The translations under genes and the position numbers were made by a program. Under the pieces are notes generated by a model that saw only the letters and a program-made list of their open reading frames with translations, had not been told where the DNA came from and ran no database searches. From the NCBI RefSeq assembly GCF_006345805.1, contig NW_021825296.1:1-16037 (forward strand): 16,037 bases of DNA, in the 5' to 3' direction. Source of the stretch: Octopus sinensis. Its lineage: Eukaryota. How positions within the stretch are numbered: position 1 is the first letter of the stretch; each line of letters begins with the position of its first letter. Below, piece by piece: positions 10,030 to 16,037 of this stretch.

Positions 10030-10620
10030 TGACTGTTGATGATTTTGAGCGGTAAACCTTATTTTTGAGGTGACCCCATCAAAAGAAGTCCACTGGAGTG
10101 AGGGCTGGTGAACGCGCAGAGGATTGAACACTACATCTTCGCCCAATCGATCTGTTCGAAACAGTTGCACCGAGATAGGTCCTTGCATCACGATGGTAGA
10201 TGGAGAGGTGCTCCATCTTGCTGAAAGTAAATCTCTTCGAAACATGGAACGACGGATTCCTGCAACAAGTTTTAGGTCAGCATCCCTAGTGACAGTTTGA
10301 CAACAAAGACAAAAAAAAACAGAAAGCCAGAATCGTCCAAGGATACCCAATACTGATATCCTACACCACACCGTAACGTCTCTTTTACTCTCTTTTACTT
10401 GTTTCAGTCATTTGACTGCGGCCATGCTGGAGCACCGCCTTCAGTCGAGCAAATCGACCCCCACCACTTATTCTTTGTAAGCCTAGTACTTATTCTATCG
10501 GTCTCTTTTTGCCGAACCACTAAGTTACGGGGACGTAAACACACCAGCATCGGTTGTCAAGCGTTGTTGGGGGAGACAAACACACACACAAACACACATA
10601 CACACACACATACATATATG

Positions 10621-10697
<77 letters not shown>

Positions 10698-11135
10698 GAT
10701 ATATACGACGGGCTTCTTTCAGTTTCCGTCTACCAAATCCACTCACAAGGCTTTGGTCGGCCCGAGGCTATAGTAGAAGACACTTACCCAAGGTGTCATG
10801 CAGTAGGACTGAACCCGGAATCATGTGGTTCGTAAGCAAGCTACTTACCACACAGCCACTCCTGCACCTATAATCTGCTAATCTCAAATGACGTTCCATA
10901 GTTACATGCGGATTTTCAGGAGATCAGTTGGTACACTTGAGCCATTTAACTTAAAGAGTGGCCTCATCTGTCCCAGCAATGTCAGATGTAAATGTTACAT
11001 CTTCCTCGCAACAGCCCAGGGACCACCAACAAAATCCAACTCTCCGCTGAGGATCATCTTTTGGAGCGTGGATTAATGTTGGGTGTAACATTTCCAACCA
11101 ACTCGTTTTAAAATGCGATGGGCGCTTGGATCTAT
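10030..11135 (-). pseudogene. Decayed Tc1/mariner-superfamily transposase, DD41D (rosa-like) spacing, interrupted by a SINE at 10379-10870
   Basis: Hand translation with frameshifts: HRILKRVGWKCY..DDPQRRVGFC..TDEAT..KLNGS..PENPHVTMERHL [SINE] VTVWCRISVLGILGRF..LLQESVVPCFEEIYFQQDGAPLH/YHRDARTYLGATVSNRSIGRRCSVQSSARSPALTPVDFF*WGHLKNKVY. I count 41 residues between the QQD aspartate and the PVD aspartate. Confidence 0.82.
10379..10870 (-). mobile_element. SINE family B, full-length, expanded internal (CA)/(TA) tract
   Basis: Collinear with 8201-8623 along both flanks of the internal repeat. Confidence 0.9.
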
Positions 11136-11139
11136 GTTG

Positions 11140-11312
11140 GTTTGTTTACGTCCCCCGTAACCTAGCAGTTTGGCTGAAGAGACCGATAGAAAGAGAACCT
11201 GGCGTGAAGAGAAAAATAATACGTATTAGGTGGGGAGGTCGATTCGTTCGACTGAACTTTTTCAAGGCGATGCCCCAGCTTGGCCACAGTCCAATGACTG
11301 AAGCAAGTAAAG
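11140..11312 (+). mobile_element. Diverged 3' half of a family-B-like SINE
   Basis: GTTTACGTCCCCCGTAAC..GAGACCGATAGA..GGTCGATTCGTTCGACT..CAAGGCGATGCCCCAGC.TGGCCACAGTCCAATGACTGAAGCAAGTAAAG matches the family B sense strand. Confidence 0.75.
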
Positions 11313-11334
11313 CTTCATAAATACTGACTTCAAA

Positions 11335-11531
11335 TTTTGGCACAAGGCCAGCAACTTCTGGGGAGGAGGGGGACAGTCGACCCAAGTGTTTAGCTGGTAC
11401 TTATTTTATCGACCATGAAAGGAGGGTGACAAGTAAAGTCGACCTCAGTGGAATTTGAACTCAATACGTAAAGACGGATGAAATGCCGCTCAGCATTTTG
11501 TCCGGCGTGCTAACAATTCTGCCAACTCACC
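11335..11531 (-). mobile_element. SINE family A, near full-length
   Basis: Reverse complement matches the 14708 head (GGTGAGTTGGCAGAATTGTTAGCACGCCGG..GAGTTCAAATTCC) and the tail of the 605 copy. Confidence 0.82.
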
Positions 11532-11569
11532 TACCCGAGTTTCACAAATATTAGCAACATGGGCTTTTT

Positions 11570-11639
11570 ATTGTTTAGGGGAGATGTGGGGGCTCAGTGG
11601 ATTGTTTTGGGGAGACGTGGGGCTCCGTGGATTGTTTAG
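11570..11639. repeat. ~31-bp tandem duplication (2.3 copies)
   Basis: ATTGTTTAGGGGAGATGTGGGGGCTCAGTGG / ATTGTTTTGGGGAGACGTGGGGCTCCGTGG / ATTGTTTAG. Confidence 0.85.
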
Positions 11640-11977
11640 TTTCGCCCTAAATCCGACTCTGAGGTAGTCCCTGCTATCCAGAAATTCTGACTTCAATCGC
11701 AGAGCTTCGCTTACCGTTTCTTCTACAGAGGTTCCTTGGAAGACATTTTAGCCCAACCAAAATATTCTGCCATTTTTAAAAGTTCAAAGTGGCCATATCT
11801 GACATCTCACACCTGCCCTACAGTGTCATTCTAAAAATAAACAATCACATTATTGAAGTCTTGAACCCACGGGATAATTAATAAAGCATAATTAATAAAC
11901 AGACGATATGAATATATAAGCATTACATTTCACTGAGTAATCTAAAAAACCAAGATGGACTCGAAACATGGAAATGA

Positions 11978-12344
11978 AGAAATGTGGAAATATGAAACAT
12001 AAGAATATGAAATGTGGAATGTGAAATGTGGGATGCAGAAATGTGGAAATATGAAACACAAGAATATGAAATGTGGAATGTGAAATGTGGGATGCAGAAA
12101 TGTGGAAATATGAAACACAAGAATATGAAATGTGGAATGTGAAATGTGGGATGCAGAAATGTGGAAATATGAAACACAAGAATATGAAATGTGGAATGTG
12201 AAATGTGGGATGCAGAAATGTGGAAATATGAAACACAAGAATATGAAATGTGGAATGTGAAATGTGGGATGCAGAAATGTGGAAATATGAAACACAAGAA
12301 TATGAAATGTGGAATGTGAAATGTAGGATGCAGAAATGTGGAAA
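11978..12344. repeat. 59-bp minisatellite, ~6.2 near-identical copies
   Basis: Units start at 12001, 12060, 12119, 12178, 12237 and 12296: AAGAATATGAAATGTGGAATGTGAAATGTGGGATGCAGAAATGTGGAAATATGAAACAC. Confidence 0.97.
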
Positions 12345-12453
12345 GACAGGAGAAAGAATGCTAGGATGTGATTTGGGGTTGAAGTTAGTCCAGCGAGGCT
12401 GAGTGACAAGATGACTGGATGACAAGCGGGGAAAAAACTGATGGCAGGGCGTA

Positions 12454-12494
12454 AGAATGTCAGAATGTCAGAATGTACGAATGACAGAACGACA
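12454..12494. repeat. Degenerate 8-bp tandem repeat (AGAATGTC), ~5 copies
   Basis: AGAATGTC AGAATGTC AGAATGTA CGAATGAC AGAACGAC. Confidence 0.7.
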
Positions 12495-12723
12495 GGTGAA
12501 AGAACTCGAGGGCTTGTAGAACAGGTTGTTAAGTCTGACCAGAACCGGTTGTTCATGTAGAGACATCCTCTGTCCCGCTCTAACCTTGATTCGGTCTCAA
12601 ACACCGGTTACTGTCAATACTTCCTCTCTATAAAACCTTAAAACCTGCGCGACTGCATTGTTTCAATATGCCGTCTGTCTTTGTGATATAAACGTCGGTT
12701 ACAAGGAGAGAGTTGCCTGTGAA

Positions 12724-12857
12724 TACACACACACACGCACACACACACATGTGAATGGGTGTATATATGTATATATGTATATATACACACATACATACAC
12801 AGACGCAAAAATAACAAATAAATAAATATATATACATGTATATATATATTATATTAT

Positions 12858-12900
<43 letters not shown>

Positions 12901-13885
12901 TTATATGTATGTATGTATTGGAGAGAGATATTGTCCATTGTTATTTATAAATATATTGTGTTCATGTGTATATATGACTGTTTGTGTAGTTATATGAGGA
13001 TCTACATACACTAACCTTTGTGTATATATTACATGCATATATGCTTTTATGACTGCGTATATATATATATATATATATATATGTGTACGTGTGTGTGTGT
13101 GTGTGTGTACTATCTATGTATGTATGTATGTATGTAAATATACATACACATACACACAGACAGGGTGAAAGTGTGTGCGAACATATATGCATATAGATAG
13201 ACAGATACTACACCAATCTGTAGAAACAATTTTTTTTTTAGTATATTGTTGTCTGTGGATGGGTGCGTGCGTACCTGCGTGCGTGGGTTAATTGTGTGCA
13301 TGAAATATGTATGTGTGTATATGAATGTATGTATGTATGTATGTATGTATGTATGTATGTATGTATGTATGTATGTATGTATGTATGTATGTATGTGCAT
13401 GTATGTATATGAAATCGTGTTTCAACTTGTGTACGTATCTGTATATATTGATCATATGTATAACACACACACACACACACATAATATATATATATATATA
13501 TATTATATATGTGTGTGTGTGTTATGTGTGTGTGTATGCATATGTGTGTGTGTGTTGATTATATGTGTAGATGTGTTGTGTGTGTATGTGTGGGTGTGTG
13601 CCTTACCCCAAATTCGTCATGAATATGAATCGTCTCCTCCCATTTCGCACGTGGGTCTACAAGTTTGGTTAAGGTGTGCACGCATGTGTATTGATGTATA
13701 TAAACCCTTGTATATATACATATATACATATATATAATATTATATATCTATATATATATTATATATTATATATATATATTATATGTATGTATGTATATAT
13801 ATATATATATATATAATATATATATATATATATGTTATATATATATATATATATATATATATAACATATATATATATGTAACATG
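12724..13885. repeat. Cluster of compound microsatellites: (CA)n, (TA)n, (TG)n, (TATG)n
   Basis: Several arrays separated by short unique spacers, e.g. (TATG)n ~13325-13395 and TA-rich 13710-13885. Confidence 0.92.
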
Positions 13886-14153
13886 TATATCTTCTTGAAA
13901 AGCTGAGTAACTTCTGTGCTGGAGTAAGAACAGCATGTCCTTTGTCTATCTCCTCAACTTCTTGGAAATTTTAGGTTTAATTATACTAATGAGTCCATCT
14001 ATTCTAATTTAATTAAATTCTATGTCTTCGTGCAGCTGAGAATTGCTCTGCATTTTAAATTGATGTAATGATTGTATTGTTCAATTAAATGGAGTTGCAT
14101 GAAACGATCGTACTGCATTACCTCTGGATATCCTTGTTGCTTATTTTGATTAT

Positions 14154-14204
14154 ATATATATATAATATTATATATAATATATATATATATATCTATATAT
14201 ATCT
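14154..14204. repeat. TA-rich microsatellite
   Basis: Direct reading. Confidence 0.85.
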
Positions 14205-14528
14205 AATATGGCAAAGAAGGGGAGAGGGAGAGAAAGTGTTCGGGGGGCTAGATTGGCGTTGTTTTTTTCTCTACGTCGCCATTTTTTAAAATTTCTGTAA
14301 CAGCTTGATGTATTGGTGGACAAATCAAATGTGCTAGGGAGCATAAAGTTTAAAACTGTACTTGAGAACAAGTTAGCTGTCATGGAAGACCGGAAACCCT
14401 CTGAGTATTGGAAAGAAAGTTAGTTATATCGCGATGATTCGCGCCGAACCTCAAAACGCCCAGAGTTTATGATTGCTGCGCTATGCTCAATGAACTCTGC
14501 AAAGGCTGTAAAACATGACATAGACATC

Positions 14529-14706
14529 ACGAAAACTGTGATGGTCTTTGGGTCTGTCTCCAGTGAGGGAGATGTCATGCCGTCCCACATCTTTGAACGG
14601 ATCCTTAGGCTCAGTTCAGACACCTTTGCTGGAGACTGTAGTCAAATCCACAATGGAAAGGATTGCTGCGGGAAGGTCATATTTGTGGCACTAGGTTACG
14701 TCTCCT
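14529..14706 (+). pseudogene. Decayed Tc1/mariner-superfamily transposase fragment, cut off by a SINE
   Basis: TKTVMVFGSVSSEGDVMPSHIFERILRLSSD, frameshift, then LETVVKSTMERIAAGRSYLWH*. This resembles the VMV.G.VS.EG..MP..IF...L...V.PW.......YVWQQD segment before the second catalytic Asp. Subfamily cannot be fixed because the third Asp is absent. Confidence 0.7.
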
Positions 14707-14707
14707 C

Positions 14708-14870
14708 GCTGGCAGAAACGTTAGCACGCCGGGCGAAATGCGTAGCCGTATTTCGTCTGCCGTTACGTTCTGAGTTCAAATTCCGCCGAGGTCGACTTTG
14801 CCTTTCATCCTTTCGGGGTCGATAAATTAAGTACCAGTTACGCACTGGGGGTCGATGTAATCGACTTAAT
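14708..14870 (+). mobile_element. SINE family A, 3'-truncated
   Basis: A-box-like TGGCAGAAACG, B-box GTTCAAATTCC; matches four other copies. Confidence 0.88.
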
Positions 14871-14876
14871 ACCTAT

Positions 14877-15209
14877 GCAAATCGACCCCAGGACTTATTC
14901 TTTGTAAGCCTAGTACTTATTCTATTGGTCTCTTCTGCCGAAACCATAAGTTACAGGGTCGTAAACACACCAGCATCGGTTGTCAAGCGATGTTGGGGGA
15001 CAAACACAGATACACGAACATATACACACACGTACATATACATATATGTGTGTACATATACGGCGGGTTTCTTTCAGTCTACCAAATCCACTTACAAGGC
15101 CCTGGTCAGCCCGAGGCTATAGTAGCAGACACTTGCCCACGCAGTAGGATTGAACCCGGGACCATATGGTTGGTAAGCAAGCTACTTACCACACAGCCAC
15201 TCTTGCGCC
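14877..15209 (-). mobile_element. SINE family B, 3'-truncated
   Basis: Collinear with 8279-8623; lacks the tail-side ~80 bp. Confidence 0.88.
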
Positions 15210-15214
15210 CAGAG

Positions 15215-15931
15215 TACCACCGCTATCAACAATGCCATTACCATTTTCATCATTTCTCCATCGCCATCACTAAGGGGTCTCTTTATGGTCACCTAATTTG
15301 CTAAAAATAGTAGCCAAACCACACCCTCCTCGCAAAAAGTGACGGACCCATTGTTTAATGGTGAGTCTTAGATATATTTCTTTATGTCTGGGACGCTTTT
15401 GATTGTAAATATCTGCTTGTTGAAGGATTGACATTGGGCTATTGTATATGCGTGTGTATATGTGCACGTCTATGTGAGAGAAGGAGAGTGATAGGGAGAG
15501 GGTAGCGGAGGCGGAGAGGAGTCATCTGTCGTAAAACAAGTTTTAGATTTGCTGTAGTATTCATTTCCGTAGTCTTTAGACGTTGTTGTTGTTGTTGTTG
15601 TTGTTGTTGTCGTTGGTTATTTTTGTTGTGATTATTGTTGTTGTCGTTGTTGCTGTTCATGTTTAGCCCCCGTCTCAATCCTTCAGCAAGCAGGAATTTA
15701 CAATCAAAAGCGTCCCGTTTGTGGCGTTCACGTCTTTCTTTCCCAGGCATAGATAAATATATCTAAATCGCTACATTAAACAATGGGTCCTTCACCTTTT
15801 TTTTTTTTTTGCGAGGAGGGTGTGGTTTCGCTACTATTTTTAGTAAAATTAGGTGACCGTAAAGAGACTCCTTTAGTGATGGAGATGGGGAGATAATGAA
15901 GATGGTAATGGTATTGTTGATATCGGTGGTA
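15215..15931. repeat. Long inverted repeat (foldback): arms 15215-15441 and 15664-15931, 222-bp spacer
   Basis: Arms align end to end, e.g. GGTCACCTAATTT, CTAAAAATAGTAGC.AAACCACACCCTCCTCGCAAAAA, GGACCCATTGTTTAATG, GACGCTTTTGATTGTAAAT. Both outer ends are TA. Confidence 0.9.
15582..15657. repeat. (GTT)n trinucleotide repeat, degenerate on the right
   Basis: Direct reading. Confidence 0.9.
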
Positions 15932-15934
15932 AAA

Positions 15935-16037
15935 GGCGGTGGGCTGGCAGAGTGGTTAGCACGTCGGGCGAAATGCTTAGCGGTATTTCGTCTGCTGTTA
16001 CGTTGTGAGTTCAAATTCCGCCGAGGTCGACTTTGCC
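15935..16037 (+). mobile_element. SINE family A head (runs off the window)
   Basis: Consensus A-box TGGCAGAGTGG (15945-15955) and B-box GTTCAAATTCC (16009-16019). Confidence 0.88.

Noticed and set aside
11750-11943. Segment that I recall resembling an octopus non-autonomous DNA transposon interior
   Set aside because: No termini or second copy in the window; memory alone is insufficient.
11892-12604. Three overlapping minus-strand ORFs with repeating FHI/PHF motifs; CRISPR-like look of the array
   Set aside because: They are by-products of the 59-bp minisatellite being stop-free on that strand. There are no unique spacers or cas genes, so it is not CRISPR.
15935-16037. tRNA gene calls for segments with A- and B-boxes (also 7700-7775, 8550-8623, 14708-14790)
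   Set aside because: I could not fold a full cloverleaf, and the segments continue into shared SINE bodies, so they are tRNA-derived SINE heads.

Overview
AT-rich, microsatellite-rich eukaryotic repetitive DNA. I recall these SINE families from octopus/cephalopod genomes, but that is unverified. I can support no host gene. The main feature is an apparently full-length ~5.9 kb L1/Tx1-clade non-LTR retrotransposon on the minus strand (~1600-7478). It has a gag-like ORF1 with a CCHC knuckle and an ORF2 with APE endonuclease, reverse transcriptase and a C-terminal zinc motif. It sits between two same-strand (GATA)n arrays, suggesting microsatellite-targeted insertion. Its ORF2 is bracketed by a three-block imperfect inverted repeat: the ORF1-stop/spacer/ORF2-start region is complementary to the ORF2-end/stop/3'UTR region. 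The ORF2 frameshifts are almost all single-base slips and I found no nonsense codon, so the element may be intact and mis-assembled. The rest is a patchwork: three tRNA-head SINE families (10 copies or fragments), a Tc1/mariner-type MITE, two decayed Tc1/mariner transposases (one DD41D, split by a SINE), a 59-bp minisatellite, a ~717-bp foldback structure and many simple repeats.
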